From assembly GCA_937902735.1 (NCBI GenBank), contig CALELS010000015.1, positions 154,744 through 218,743 of the forward strand: DNA of 64,000 bases, in the 5' to 3' direction. This stretch comes from an uncultured Bacillales bacterium. GTDB lineage: Bacteria; Bacillota_I; Bacilli_A; RFN20; CAG-826. Each line of letters starts with the position of its first letter. Position 1 is the first letter of the stretch. Positions 9,797 through 20,049 of this stretch are shown here, piece by piece. The notes under the pieces were generated by a model. The model saw only the letters and a list, made by a program, of their open reading frames with translations. It was not told where the DNA came from and made no database searches. The translations under genes and the position numbers were made by a program.

Positions 9797-10495
9797 ATGG
9801 AAAATAGAATAATTATTCATAACGAAAACAAAGAAATTGAACTAATAGATGTTAGTGAAATTTTTGTTGAAGTTACAAATGGAGAATTATTACTAAAATT
9901 AGCTTATTTTGAACCTATAAACGAATTAAAAATTAAAGGAAATATTAATAATAACGGGCACTTAAATGTCGTATTTGTTGATTATTCTAAAAAGTCTATT
10001 AACTGTGTCGCAAGAATTGATTTAAATGAAATCGAGGCGACTTGTGATTGGAAATTAGCATCTCTTTCATCTTTAAACAACACTAAAAAATTTGATATTT
10101 CATTCATTCATAACAAAGAAAAAACTATCGCAGTTATGAATAATTATGGAGTTAGCAAAGATAAAGCAAATATTATCTTCACTGGTGTTAACCATATAAA
10201 GGAAAAATGCTCTAAATCTATCACTAGACAAAACGCAAAAATTATCTTGTTTGATGAACAATCAAAAGGTAGTGCTTCCCCAATTTTAAAAATAGATGAA
10301 AATGATGTAGTTGCATCACATGGCGCAATTGTAGGTCAAATATCTGATGAACATATGTTTTATTTAATGTCTCGTGGATTGAATGAAAAAGAAGCGCGTG
10401 AATTAATTATAAAAGGATATTTATCACCTTTTACCTCGGTGTATTCTGAAAAAACACAAGAAAGAATTGCTTTAGCAATTAAGGAGGCAATCTAA
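9797..10495 (+). CDS. sufD: Fe-S cluster assembly protein SufD, unusually short (232 aa)
   Basis: C-terminal SufB/SufD signature HGAIVGQISDEHMFYLMSRGLNEKEARELIIKGYL; position between sufC and sufS. Confidence 0.6.
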   Translation: MENRIIIHNENKEIELIDVSEIFVEVTNGELLLKLAYFEPINELKIKGNINNNGHLNVVFVDYSKKSINCVARIDLNEIEATCDWKLASLSSLNNTKKFDISFIHNKEKTIAVMNNYGVSKDKANIIFTGVNHIKEKCSKSITRQNAKIILFDEQSKGSASPILKIDENDVVASHGAIVGQISDEHMFYLMSRGLNEKEARELIIKGYLSPFTSVYSEKTQERIALAIKEAI

Positions 10496-11727
10496 TGTTT
10501 GATGTGTATAAAATTAGAAAAGATTTCCCAATGCTAAATGATGATATAAAAATGCAAAATCACCCATTAGTATTTTTAGATAATGCCTCAACAACTTTTA
10601 AGCCAAGATGTGTTTTAGAAGCAATTCGAACATATTATGAAAAAGAAACATCAAATTCCCATCGTGGCGATTATGATCTTTGTTATAAAGTAGACACTGT
10701 TATTGAAGAAACAAGAAAATTAACTTCTAAATTTTTAAATTCAGAAAAAAACGAAATAGTGTTCACAAGTGGTGCATCAATGTCACTTAATTTTGTTGCT
10801 TATGGTTATGGTGTAACTCATCTAACAGAAGGAGATGAGATTCTTATCAGTGAAGCTGAACACGCATCTAATGTTTTACCTTGGTTTAAAGTTGCCGAAA
10901 TGACAAAAGCAAATATTAAATATATTGAACTTGATAAAGATGGAAGAATAACGCCAGAAAATGTGAAAAAAGCTATCACAAGTCGCACCAAATTAATTTC
11001 GATTGCTCATGTTGGCAACGTTTTAGGCTATGTAAATAATATAAAAGAGATAAATAGAATCGCACACGAAAAAGGAATAATTGTAGTGGTCGATGGCGCT
11101 CAATCAGTACCTCATATGAAGGTTGATGTAAAAGAATTAGATATTGATTTCCTTTGTTTTAGCGGACACAAAATGTGCGGTCCAACAGGTATTGGCGTTT
11201 TATATGGCAAATATAACTTACTTGAAGAATGTGAACCGCTTTTAACTGGTGGTGGTATGAACGTTAAATTTTCAATGTGTGGAGATGTCAAATATTTAAA
11301 TCCTCCACAAAGATTTGAAGCTGGCACTTTGAATATTGAAGGAATTTATGGCTTTAAAGCTGCATTAGAATATTTGATGAATATTGGCGTTGAAAACATT
11401 CAAAAATATGAAGAAGAATTAAGAAAATACGCAATCAATAAACTTAAAGAAGTTAAAGATCTCGTTATTTATAACGAACATGCTGAAGCGGGTATTATCA
11501 CATTTAATATAAAAGGTGTATTTGCTCAAGATGAAGCAACATATTTAAATTCAAAAGGTTTAGCTCTAAGAAGTGGCCAACATTGTGCCAAAATGTTAAA
11601 TGATTTCTTGAAAGAACTAGCTACTGTTCGTGCTTCAATATATTTTTATACAACAAAAGAAGATATTGACTATTTGGTTGAGACACTTAAAAGTGGAGGA
11701 GATTTTTTAGATGCCTATTTCGCTTAA
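10495..11727 (+). CDS. sufS: Cysteine desulfurase SufS (class V aminotransferase)
   Basis: PLP-lysine motif SGHKMCGPTGIGVLYGK; N-terminal FLDNASTT; 410 aa. Confidence 0.85.
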   Translation: MFDVYKIRKDFPMLNDDIKMQNHPLVFLDNASTTFKPRCVLEAIRTYYEKETSNSHRGDYDLCYKVDTVIEETRKLTSKFLNSEKNEIVFTSGASMSLNFVAYGYGVTHLTEGDEILISEAEHASNVLPWFKVAEMTKANIKYIELDKDGRITPENVKKAITSRTKLISIAHVGNVLGYVNNIKEINRIAHEKGIIVVVDGAQSVPHMKVDVKELDIDFLCFSGHKMCGPTGIGVLYGKYNLLEECEPLLTGGGMNVKFSMCGDVKYLNPPQRFEAGTLNIEGIYGFKAALEYLMNIGVENIQKYEEELRKYAINKLKEVKDLVIYNEHAEAGIITFNIKGVFAQDEATYLNSKGLALRSGQHCAKMLNDFLKELATVRASIYFYTTKEDIDYLVETLKSGGDFLDAYFA

Positions 11728-12163
11728 TCCTCAAATGATGAGACAAATTATTATGGATCACTATGACAATCCATCTTTTAAAAGAGAACCAAAAAATGAT
11801 AAATATCTTCAAATGCACATGGATAGTGCTAATTGTATCGATGATATTATTGTTTATGTTTTAGTCGAAAACGACAAAGTCGTTGATGTTTGTTTTACTG
11901 GTGTTGCTTGCACTATTTCAACCGCATCTACTGATATTATGTGTTCATTGATGATGGATAAAACACTAAGTGAAGCAAAATATATTTATGAACAATACAT
12001 TAAGATGATTCATGAAGAAGAATTTGATGAATCAGTCTTAGATGAAGCTATTGTATTTATTAATACATCCAAACAAGCTGCTAGGATTAAATGTGCAACT
12101 ATCGGTTGGGATGCGTTTGATCAAATAATGGATGAATGTGAGGGACATCATCACCATGAATAA
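11711..12163 (+). CDS. sufU: Zinc-dependent sulfurtransferase SufU (IscU/NifU-like)
   Basis: Conserved Cys residues (NCIDDI, GVACTIS), about 150 aa; natural C-terminal HHHH tail. Confidence 0.75.
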   Translation: MPISLNPQMMRQIIMDHYDNPSFKREPKNDKYLQMHMDSANCIDDIIVYVLVENDKVVDVCFTGVACTISTASTDIMCSLMMDKTLSEAKYIYEQYIKMIHEEEFDESVLDEAIVFINTSKQAARIKCATIGWDAFDQIMDECEGHHHHE

Positions 12164-13556
12164 AAAAGACTTATCTTTTGATAAAGAATATAAATATGGT
12201 TTTAAAGATGAAGATACATCTATTTTAACTACTGGTATTGGTTTATCTGAAGCTGTTGTTCGTCAAATATCAAAACTAAAAAACGAACCTGAATGGATGT
12301 TAGAATTTAGGCTTAAAGCTTATAAAGCTTTTCTTGAACTCCCGATGCCTTCATTTGGTCCTGATTTATCTTTTTTAGATTTCGCATCTTATACATATTT
12401 CACTAGAAACGCTAAAAAGGTCGAAACCGATTGGGAACAAGTTCCAGAAACTATTAAAAACACATTTACTAAACTTGGTATTCCTGAAATTGAACAAAAA
12501 TATTTAGCAGGTGTTACAACACAATATGAATCTGAGGCTGTTTATCATAACATGCTTAAAGAAGTTGAGGATAAAGGTGTCATTTTCTTATCAACTGACC
12601 AAGCACTTCAAATGTGTCCAGAAATAGTAAAAAAATATTTCAACACAGTAGTTCCATATAAAGATAATAAGTTCGCTGCACTTAACGGAGCAGTTTGGTC
12701 TGGTGGCTCATTTATTTATGTTCCAAAAGGAGTCAAATTAGATAAGCCACTTCAATCATATTTTAGAATCAATAATGAGAAGTCTGGACAATTCGAAAGA
12801 ACCCTAATTATTGTCGATGAAGGCGCAGATCTCCACTATGTTGAAGGCTGCACAGCCCCAATATATTCAAAGGATTCTCTTCATGCAGCAGTTGTTGAAA
12901 TTGTTGTTTTGAAAGATGCTAAATGCCGCTATTCAACTGTACAAAACTGGTCAAATAATATCGTTAATCTTGTAACCAAAAGAGCACTTGTTATGGAAAA
13001 CGGGCAAATGGATTGGATTGATGGAAATATTGGTAGTCAAACTAATATGAAATATCCAGCATGCATTCTAGCAGGAGAAGGTGCTCGTGGAAATTGCATT
13101 TCCATTGCTGTTGCTTCAAAAGGTCAATATCAAGATGCCGGTGCAAGAATGATTCATCTTGCCTCAAATACAAAAAGTACAATCATTTCAAAATCAATTT
13201 GCCGTAATGGTGGTGTTGTTAATTACCGTGGTTCTGTCAAACATCTACCGAATGCCAAAAATTGTAAATCACATGTTGAATGCGATACTTTGATTTTGGA
13301 TGATATTTCTAAATCGGACACAATCCCATTAAATCTAGTTCAAAATAATACATCTTATATTGAACACGAGGCCACTGTATCAAAGATAAATGAAGATCAA
13401 TTATTTTATTTAATGTCTCGAGGAATATCTAAAAAAGATGCAACCCAAATGATAATTATGGGATTTATTGAACCATTTTCCAAAGAATTACCAATGGAAT
13501 ATGCTGTTGAGTTAAATCAACTCATTAAGATGGATATGGAAGGTAGTATCGGCTAA
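12156..13556 (+). CDS. sufB: Fe-S cluster assembly protein SufB
   Basis: Start at ATG 12156 (MNKKDLSF); SufB beta-helix core and C-terminal [25 protein letters not shown] signature. Confidence 0.85.
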   Translation: MNKKDLSFDKEYKYGFKDEDTSILTTGIGLSEAVVRQISKLKNEPEWMLEFRLKAYKAFLELPMPSFGPDLSFLDFASYTYFTRNAKKVETDWEQVPETIKNTFTKLGIPEIEQKYLAGVTTQYESEAVYHNMLKEVEDKGVIFLSTDQALQMCPEIVKKYFNTVVPYKDNKFAALNGAVWSGGSFIYVPKGVKLDKPLQSYFRINNEKSGQFERTLIIVDEGADLHYVEGCTAPIYSKDSLHAAVVEIVVLKDAKCRYSTVQNWSNNIVNLVTKRALVMENGQMDWIDGNIGSQTNMKYPACILAGEGARGNCISIAVASKGQYQDAGARMIHLASNTKSTIISKSICRNGGVVNYRGSVKHLPNAKNCKSHVECDTLILDDISKSDTIPLNLVQNNTSYIEHEATVSKINEDQLFYLMSRGISKKDATQMIIMGFIEPFSKELPMEYAVELNQLIKMDMEGSIG

Positions 13557-15424
13557 TGCATTATGATGTAATTGTCATTGGTGGTGGACACGCTGGTGTT
13601 GAAGCATGCCTTGCTTCAGCTCATATGGGCCTTAATACTCTTCTTATTACATTAAATGAGAAGATGATTTCAAATATGCCTTGTAATCCGTCTATCGGTG
13701 GATCAGCAAAAGGTATTGTTGTTCGTGAAGTTGATGCTTTAGGAGGGATAATGGGCATTGCAGCTGATCATGAATATTTACAAATGAAAATGCTCAATAC
13801 TGGTAAAGGTCCGGGTGTTCAATGTTTGCGTGCTCAAGAGGATAAACATGGCTATCCAGCTTTTATTCAAAATTACTTAAAAACCACTAAGAACTTAACT
13901 ATTTTAGAAGGAATGGTTACTAAATTAACTTACACAAAAGACAGTGTCACAGGTGTTGTTTTAGAAGATGGAACAACTATTTCTTCTAAAGCAGTTATCA
14001 TTGCTACTGGCACATATATGGAAGCCAAAATCTTACGTGGTCATAAAGCAATTTCTGGTGGACCAGATGGAGAAAAACCTTCTATTGGATTATCTAAATG
14101 TTTAACAGAAATGGGAATAGAAATATTTAGACTTAAAACAGGAACTCCTCCAAGAATTAAGAAGTCCACTATTGATTTTTCAAATGCTGGAATTGAACTT
14201 GGAATGGAAGGTCAATATGCATTCTCATATACCACAAGAACATTTAAACCTTTAAGTGAACAATTACCATGTTATCTTGTTTATACTAACAAGACTACAC
14301 ATGATTTAATTACTTCTAATCTTGATAAAACTGCGACATATAATGGTTTACAAACAGGTGTTGGACCACGTTATTGTCCATCAATTGAATCTAAGGTAAT
14401 GACTTTCAAAGACAAAGAAAGACATCAATTGTTCTTGGAACCAGAATATCGTGATGGCGAATCAATTTATCTACAAGGTTTTTCGACCGCTATGGAAGAA
14501 TCTATTCAAGAGCAGATGGTTCATTCTTTAAAGGGTTTGGAACATGCTGAATTTTTAAAATATGCCTACGCAATTGAATATGATGCAGTTAAACCTACTC
14601 AATTTGATCTAACTTTAAATATTAAAAAATATAAAGGTTTATATGGTGCTGGTCAGATATGTGGAACAAGTGGATATGAAGAAGCTGCTGGTTTAGGTAT
14701 TGTTGCAGGAATTAACGCAGCGCTTTATGTAAAAGGATTACCTCCATTTATTTTAAAAAGAAACGAAGCTTATATAGGCGTAATGATTGATGATATTGTT
14801 ACAAAAGGCACCAATGAACCATATAGATTATTATCTTCCAGAGCAGAATATCGTTTGCTTTTAAGACACGATAATGCAGATCTTAGATTAACAAATTACG
14901 GCTATAAACTCGGTTTAATTGATGAAAAACGTTATCAAGAGTTTGTTAAGAAAAATGGAAATATTAAGAAAGCAATCGAAGTTTTATCCGCTAATTATTT
15001 AGGTAGTTCTAAAGAGGTTAGAGAATATCTAACAAGCAAAGGACTAGAACCATTAAAAAGTGGTGTTAGTGGAATTGAATTCTTACGTAGACCAACTATT
15101 CATTACGAGGATTGCTATGCTCTGATTGATGAATTAAAAGATATTGATTTAGATTTTATTGGCATTGCTCAATTAGAAGTATCCGTTAAATTTGAAGGTT
15201 ATATTAAAAGAGAAGAGGAGGAAGCTAATTCCTTCTCTAAATTTGAAAATTATCTAATACCAAATGATGTAGATTACCTACATATGGATGGTCTTGCTCT
15301 TGAAGCCCGTTCTAAATTAGATACAATTAGACCATTAACAATTGGTCAAGCATCACGTATTAGTGGAGTTAATCCAACTGATATTTCCGTGTTAATCCTT
15401 AATATTAAAAAGAAGTATGGATAA
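13556..15424 (+). CDS. mnmG: tRNA uridine-5-carboxymethylaminomethyl modification enzyme MnmG (GidA)
   Basis: FAD fold VIVIGGGHAGVEA at N-terminus, 622 aa, followed by rsmG as in most bacteria. Confidence 0.9.
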   Translation: MHYDVIVIGGGHAGVEACLASAHMGLNTLLITLNEKMISNMPCNPSIGGSAKGIVVREVDALGGIMGIAADHEYLQMKMLNTGKGPGVQCLRAQEDKHGYPAFIQNYLKTTKNLTILEGMVTKLTYTKDSVTGVVLEDGTTISSKAVIIATGTYMEAKILRGHKAISGGPDGEKPSIGLSKCLTEMGIEIFRLKTGTPPRIKKSTIDFSNAGIELGMEGQYAFSYTTRTFKPLSEQLPCYLVYTNKTTHDLITSNLDKTATYNGLQTGVGPRYCPSIESKVMTFKDKERHQLFLEPEYRDGESIYLQGFSTAMEESIQEQMVHSLKGLEHAEFLKYAYAIEYDAVKPTQFDLTLNIKKYKGLYGAGQICGTSGYEEAAGLGIVAGINAALYVKGLPPFILKRNEAYIGVMIDDIVTKGTNEPYRLLSSRAEYRLLLRHDNADLRLTNYGYKLGLIDEKRYQEFVKKNGNIKKAIEVLSANYLGSSKEVREYLTSKGLEPLKSGVSGIEFLRRPTIHYEDCYALIDELKDIDLDFIGIAQLEVSVKFEGYIKREEEEANSFSKFENYLIPNDVDYLHMDGLALEARSKLDTIRPLTIGQASRISGVNPTDISVLILNIKKKYG

Positions 15425-16124
15425 AAATAAATTAGCTGATTTCATTAAAAATGAACTTCATCTTGAAATAAATGAAGATATTTTAGATTCTTTTGATTTA
15501 TTTGAATCCCTTTTAATTGAATGGAATGAAAAATTTAATTTAACCGCAATAAAAGAAAAAGAAGAAATATTGGAAAAGCATTTTATTGATTCCATCTATC
15601 TAAATAAGTTTGTTTCATTTAAAAAACATGACACAGTACTTGATATAGGAAGTGGTGCAGGTTTTCCTGCTATTGCTTTAGCAATTATTAACACAGATGT
15701 TAATTTTACTTTAGTTGAATCTAATGGTAAGAAAGTTTCTTTTTTAAATGAAGTTAGAAATAAACTTCAACTTAAAAATGTAACTATATTAAATGGAAGA
15801 ATCGAAGATTTAAAAGTTTTAAGATCTTCTTTTGATTATGTGACTGCAAGAGCGGTGACCCAACTAAATATTCTTGTTGAGCTCTCTATTCCTTATTTAA
15901 AAGTTAATGGCACACTTATTGCATATAAAGGTTCAATGGTTGATATTGAGATTAAGCAGGCTAATAGAGCAATTCATTCTCTCGATTCAAAATTTGTTAA
16001 AAAAGAAGTGTTTAATCTTCCATATTCAAATGATGGTAGAAGCTTTGTTTTCATAAAAAAATGTAAGGAGACAAAGAACAAATATCCTCGTTCTTATAGT
16101 CTAATTGTCAATAAACCACTTTAA
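15417..16124 (+). CDS. rsmG: 16S rRNA (guanine527-N7)-methyltransferase RsmG (GidB)
   Basis: SAM-binding motif LDIGSGAGFPAIALAI; gidA-gidB synteny. Confidence 0.85.
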   Translation: MDKNKLADFIKNELHLEINEDILDSFDLFESLLIEWNEKFNLTAIKEKEEILEKHFIDSIYLNKFVSFKKHDTVLDIGSGAGFPAIALAIINTDVNFTLVESNGKKVSFLNEVRNKLQLKNVTILNGRIEDLKVLRSSFDYVTARAVTQLNILVELSIPYLKVNGTLIAYKGSMVDIEIKQANRAIHSLDSKFVKKEVFNLPYSNDGRSFVFIKKCKETKNKYPRSYSLIVNKPL

Positions 16125-16154
16125 GTTTACTTATTAGTTTAACTTTGTTAATAT

Positions 16155-16304
16155 ATTCTTGTTTCAGGGTAAGGTGCAATTCCTAACCGGTGGTATACCC
16201 CACGAGCCAATAGGCAGATCTAGTGTAATTCTAGAGGCGACAGTAAAGTCTGGATGGAAGAAACATTTATGTTATGTTTGTTACCCTGAAATAGGGTATT
16301 TTTT
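16155..16304 (+). promoter_or_regulatory. FMN riboswitch (RFN element) whose terminator hairpin also sequesters the RBS
   Basis: CAGGGTAAGGTGCAATTCCTAACCGGTGGTA ... GCGACAGTAAAGTCTGGATGGAAGAAAC matches the RFN core (B. subtilis ribD: CAGGGUGAAAUUCCCGACCGGCGGUAGUAAAG ... GCCGACAGUGAAAGUCUGGAUGGGAGAAGGA). Followed by hairpin TACCCT-GAAA-AGGGTA plus T6 immediately before the ATG. Confidence 0.75.
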
Positions 16305-17006
16305 ATGATAAATTGGAATCAACTTGTTGGAATTATTGCCTTTCTTATTTGGGCTGTTTTTACTGCATTAATTTACAGAAGAGAACACAAGGATGAAGAA
16401 AAGAATATTGTTACTGTTAAATCTATTGCAAGAATTGGTGTATTTGGCGCAATTTCTACACTGTTATATGTAATCCCAATATTCAATATTCCAATTCCTG
16501 CAATTTTTCCAACATTTTTAAAATTTCACTTTGATGAAATACCTGCTTTAATTGCTGGTTTTGCCTTTGGCCCTTATAGTGCGTTGGGAATTATTTTAAT
16601 AAAAACATTAATCAAAATCCCATTAGGCGGCGCTACAACTATGTATGTTGGAGAAATCTCAGATTTCATTTATTCATGTGCCTTAATCCTCCCGGCAACA
16701 TTTATTTATCGAAAACACCGCAAATTTAAATTTGCTTTATTAGGTTTATCTATTGGCTTTGTAAGTCAAATTGTGGTCGCTTTATTCTTCAATATTTACA
16801 TTATGGTTCCAACATATATGAGATTGTTCTCTATGGACGAAAATGCGATTTTATCAATGATGCCACCATTTATTAAAAACCCAAGATGGTCTTATGGATT
16901 AATATCTGTTCTTCCATTCAATGTAATAAAGAACTTTATAGTTATTGCAATTACTTTAGTGATTTATAAACCACTACGTCGTTTGATTGAGAAAATTAAA
17001 GCATAA
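16305..17006 (+). CDS. ribU: ECF transporter substrate-specific (S) component, predicted riboflavin transporter RibU
   Basis: Small polytopic membrane protein with an S-component-like profile, directly downstream of the FMN riboswitch. Confidence 0.6.
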   Translation: MINWNQLVGIIAFLIWAVFTALIYRREHKDEEKNIVTVKSIARIGVFGAISTLLYVIPIFNIPIPAIFPTFLKFHFDEIPALIAGFAFGPYSALGIILIKTLIKIPLGGATTMYVGEISDFIYSCALILPATFIYRKHRKFKFALLGLSIGFVSQIVVALFFNIYIMVPTYMRLFSMDENAILSMMPPFIKNPRWSYGLISVLPFNVIKNFIVIAITLVIYKPLRRLIEKIKA

Positions 17007-17011
17007 AAAAA

Positions 17012-17026
17012 TCACCATTAAGGTGA
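17012..17026. terminator. Bidirectional intrinsic terminator (TCACC-ATTAA-GGTGA) between ribU and the ferredoxin gene
   Basis: A-run upstream and T-rich downstream of a 5-bp GC-containing stem. Confidence 0.4.
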
Positions 17027-17051
17027 TTCTTATATAGAAAGCGCTGGTGTA

Positions 17052-17222
17052 TTATTCAACATCAATCGCACCAAATGGGCATTCGAATCCGAGTTCATCG
17101 TCGATTTCTTCAACGACGGCTTTGGCATGGCCATCTGCATCGAATTCAAATACTTCTGGGCGACATCCAACGCATAAACCGCAGGAACCGCAAGCATCTG
17201 CATTAACTTTTACTTTTGGCAT
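17052..17222 (-). CDS. fer: Small [4Fe-4S]/[3Fe-4S] ferredoxin (56 aa), absent from the supplied ORF track
   Basis: Minus-strand translation MPKVKVNADACGSCGLCVGCRPEVFEFDADGHAKAVVEEIDDELGFECPFGAIDVE. It has a Cys cluster plus distal CP motif typical of Bacillus-type single-cluster ferredoxins, and RBS GGAGGA 8 nt upstream of the ATG. Confidence 0.75.
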   Translation of the reverse strand: MPKVKVNADACGSCGLCVGCRPEVFEFDADGHAKAVVEEIDDELGFECPFGAIDVE

Positions 17223-17345
17223 ATTTTTTCCTCCGTTGCGTTAATTATAAATTACCTAATAGTTATATTCAATAGTGAAATAGCAATACTTTATCTATTA
17301 AAATTAACGAATTTATATTAGAATATAACGTCGAGGAGAAAAGAG

Positions 17346-17663
17346 ATGGAAACTAGGATTTCTAGATATGCAAAATTACGCAAAGAAATCGAACAAATGA
17401 GTTCTAATGATTTAGTCGAAAAAGAACAATCGAATGGACTTCCTAGTGAAAATTTAATTAATTCATCTCAAAAAAATGCTAAAGATGATTCTTTAGAAAC
17501 TGTACTTAAAAACGTTCGAAATAAAGAGAATGAAAGCAATAAAGAAAAAGAGCATAAATTAACTACCTCACAAAAGAGAATTATTATTTATAGTTCAATT
17601 GCTTCCTTTGTTGTATTAGTATTAGTCATCACAATAATTATTGTTGGTATCATAGTTTTCTAA
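17346..17663 (+). CDS. Hypothetical protein with polar N-terminal region and C-terminal transmembrane anchor
   Basis: RBS GAGGAGAAAAGAG before ATG; C-terminal 25 hydrophobic residues. Confidence 0.45.
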   Translation: METRISRYAKLRKEIEQMSSNDLVEKEQSNGLPSENLINSSQKNAKDDSLETVLKNVRNKENESNKEKEHKLTTSQKRIIIYSSIASFVVLVLVITIIIVGIIVF

Positions 17664-17680
17664 AATAAGGAGAAACAAAA

Positions 17681-18349
17681 ATGGAAAAACGTGTAGTTGT
17701 CGCAATTGATGGTCCAGCTGCTGCTGGTAAATCCACTATTTCAAAACTTGTTGCTAAAAAGTTAGGTTTTACCTATATCGATACAGGTGCAATGTATCGT
17801 GCTTTCACAAGTTATGTTTTAGATAAAGGTGTGGATCCTGAAAATGAAGCAGAATGTGTAAAGCTTATTCCTGAAGTTGATATTGAATTGTTCCCAGATG
17901 GAAGAGTAGTATGTTCTGGAAAAGATGTTACCCGTGTAATCAGAGAACCAAAGGTTAGTGGTAATGTCTCATATATTGCTTCATATAAAGATATCCGTTT
18001 AGCTTTAGTTGAACTCCAAAGAAAACTTGCTAACAAAGTTAGTGTTGTTATGGATGGAAGAGATATTGGTACATATGTCCTTCCAAATGCTGATGTAAAA
18101 ATCTTCATGGTTGCATCTGTTGAAGAAAGAGCCAGAAGAAGATTTAAAGAGAATCAAGAAAAAGGCATCGAATGCACATTTGAAGATATTGTTGCTGATG
18201 TTGAAAAACGTGATCGAATTGATTCAAGCAGAGCCTTTGCTCCATTAAAACCAGCTGAAGATAGTATTCGTTTAGATACTTCAAAATTAAACATAGAAGA
18301 AGTTACCGAAGAAGTTCTTCGTATTATTCACAAAAAAGTAGGTATTTAA
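17681..18349 (+). CDS. cmk: Cytidylate kinase
   Basis: P-loop IDGPAAAGKST and conserved DTGAMYRA motif. Confidence 0.9.
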   Translation: MEKRVVVAIDGPAAAGKSTISKLVAKKLGFTYIDTGAMYRAFTSYVLDKGVDPENEAECVKLIPEVDIELFPDGRVVCSGKDVTRVIREPKVSGNVSYIASYKDIRLALVELQRKLANKVSVVMDGRDIGTYVLPNADVKIFMVASVEERARRRFKENQEKGIECTFEDIVADVEKRDRIDSSRAFAPLKPAEDSIRLDTSKLNIEEVTEEVLRIIHKKVGI

Positions 18350-19659
18350 TGTCTAGACTTGGCGTTGTTGCAATAATTGGAAGTCCAAATGTTGGTAAAT
18401 CAACTATTTTTAATCGTATCGTTGGAAGAAGACGTTCAATTGTTGATGATGAACCTGGTATTACAAGAGATAGACTCTACGAAACCGCTAATTGGTTGAA
18501 TAGAGATTTTAGATTAATTGATACTGGTGGTATTGAAATAGCTGATAGACCATTCCAAGAACAAATAAGAATGCAAGCAGAAATTGCAATCGAAGAAGCT
18601 GATGTTATCTTATTTGTTTGTGATGCTAAAAGAGGTATCTCAAATGATGACCGATTAGTAGCAAAAATGCTGCAAAAGTCCCATAAAAAGGTAGTTTTAG
18701 CCGTTAATAAAGTAGATAACAATGAGATGCAATTTGGTATTTCTGAATTCTATTCTTTGGGACTTGGAAAACCAATTCCTACATCAGGCGAACATGGTAT
18801 TGGTATTGGCGATATTCTTGACGATATAATCAAGCTTCTACCCGATGAAAAAGCTGATGAATATGATGATTCGATTACATTTTCTATTATTGGCAGACCA
18901 AATGTTGGGAAATCGTCACTTGTTAATGCTCTATTAGATAAAAAACGTGTAATTGTTTCTGATATTGTTGGAACAACAAGAGATTCTGTAGATACTCCAT
19001 TTACTAAAGATGGACAAAATTATGTAGTTATTGATACGGCAGGTCTTCGTAAAAGAGGAAAGATTTACGAATCTATTGATAAATATAGTGCTCTCAGAGC
19101 AATATCTGCCATCGATAGAAGCGAAATAGTTTTATTTGTAATTGATGCTGATCATGGAATAGTCGAACAAGATAAACATGTTGTTGGCTATGCAATTGAG
19201 AAAAAGAAAGCAATTATTATTGTTGTAAATAAATGGGATTTAATTAAAAAAGAACAAAACACTCAAAGTGATTTTGAAAAGAAAATTAGGAAAGAATTCC
19301 AATTTTTAAGTTATGCTCCAATCATTTTTGTTTCAGCACTTAATGGCTCAAAAGTTGAAAAAATATTTGATCAAATTAAAAATGTTCATTTAGCTTATGA
19401 TACTCATATTCCAACAAGTGTTTTAAATGATGTTATTCAAGACGCTCAAACCATGAATGAGGCACCTGATTTTAATGGTGGTAGATTAAAAATCTATTTT
19501 GCAAATCAAGCCAATACTTGTCCACCAACTTTTGTGCTTTTTGTTAATAAACCTAAATATGCGCATTTTTCCTATCTTAGATATATTGAAAATAGGCTAA
19601 GAGATGCTTTTAATCTTGATGGAACACCTATTGATATTGTTTTAAGAGAGAGAATTTAA
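18349..19659 (+). CDS. der: Ribosome-associated GTPase Der (EngA), tandem GTPase domains
   Basis: Two G domains (GSPNVGKST and GRPNVGKSS) plus KH-like C-terminus; cmk-der synteny. Confidence 0.9.
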   Translation: MSRLGVVAIIGSPNVGKSTIFNRIVGRRRSIVDDEPGITRDRLYETANWLNRDFRLIDTGGIEIADRPFQEQIRMQAEIAIEEADVILFVCDAKRGISNDDRLVAKMLQKSHKKVVLAVNKVDNNEMQFGISEFYSLGLGKPIPTSGEHGIGIGDILDDIIKLLPDEKADEYDDSITFSIIGRPNVGKSSLVNALLDKKRVIVSDIVGTTRDSVDTPFTKDGQNYVVIDTAGLRKRGKIYESIDKYSALRAISAIDRSEIVLFVIDADHGIVEQDKHVVGYAIEKKKAIIIVVNKWDLIKKEQNTQSDFEKKIRKEFQFLSYAPIIFVSALNGSKVEKIFDQIKNVHLAYDTHIPTSVLNDVIQDAQTMNEAPDFNGGRLKIYFANQANTCPPTFVLFVNKPKYAHFSYLRYIENRLRDAFNLDGTPIDIVLRERI

Positions 19660-19711
19660 TTTACTAAGATTTCATTATCGATATAATAAAGGCAACATTT
19701 GAGGATGAAAA

Positions 19712-19984
19712 ATGAATAAGACAGATTTAGTTTTAGAAGTAGTAGAAAGAGCTGATGTTACAAAAAACGAAGCCGAGACTATTATTAATGAATTTCTTAC
19801 TTTGATTGAAGAAGAACTTATTAAAGGACACGAAGTTAAAATTTCGGGCTTCGGTGTCTTTAATAAAAAGCATAGAGATGCTCGTATTGGAACTTCTCCA
19901 AGTTCACATGAAACAATTACAATCCCAGCAAACGCTACTGTGACTTTTAAACCTTCTAAATTGCTTAAAGAAAAGCTGAACTAA
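19712..19984 (+). CDS. hup: Nucleoid protein HU (DNA-binding protein HU/IHF family)
   Basis: 90 aa; GFGVFNKKHRDARIGTSP ... TITIPA arm motif. Confidence 0.85.
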   Translation: MNKTDLVLEVVERADVTKNEAETIINEFLTLIEEELIKGHEVKISGFGVFNKKHRDARIGTSPSSHETITIPANATVTFKPSKLLKEKLN

Positions 19985-20013
19985 GTTAGAACTAATAAGT
20001 TTTATAAATAAAG

Positions 20014-20038
20014 ATTCTCGATTTTTCGAGAATTTTTT
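20014..20038 (+). terminator. Intrinsic terminator downstream of hup
   Basis: ATTCTCGA-TTTTT-TCGAGAAT stem followed by TTTTTT. Confidence 0.6.
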
Positions 20039-20049
20039 ATAATGTAAAT

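Noticed and set aside
16155-16304. Cobalamin or TPP riboswitch as alternative identity for the ribU leader
   Set aside because: GGTGCAATTCC and TCTGGAT resemble fragments of those classes, but the full alignment fits the FMN/RFN consensus far better and there is no B12 box or CTGAGA element
17047-17244. Plus-strand 65-aa ORF from the six-frame track
   Set aside because: Low-complexity Ser/Pro-rich translation; it is the antisense of a well-formed minus-strand ferredoxin gene with an SD
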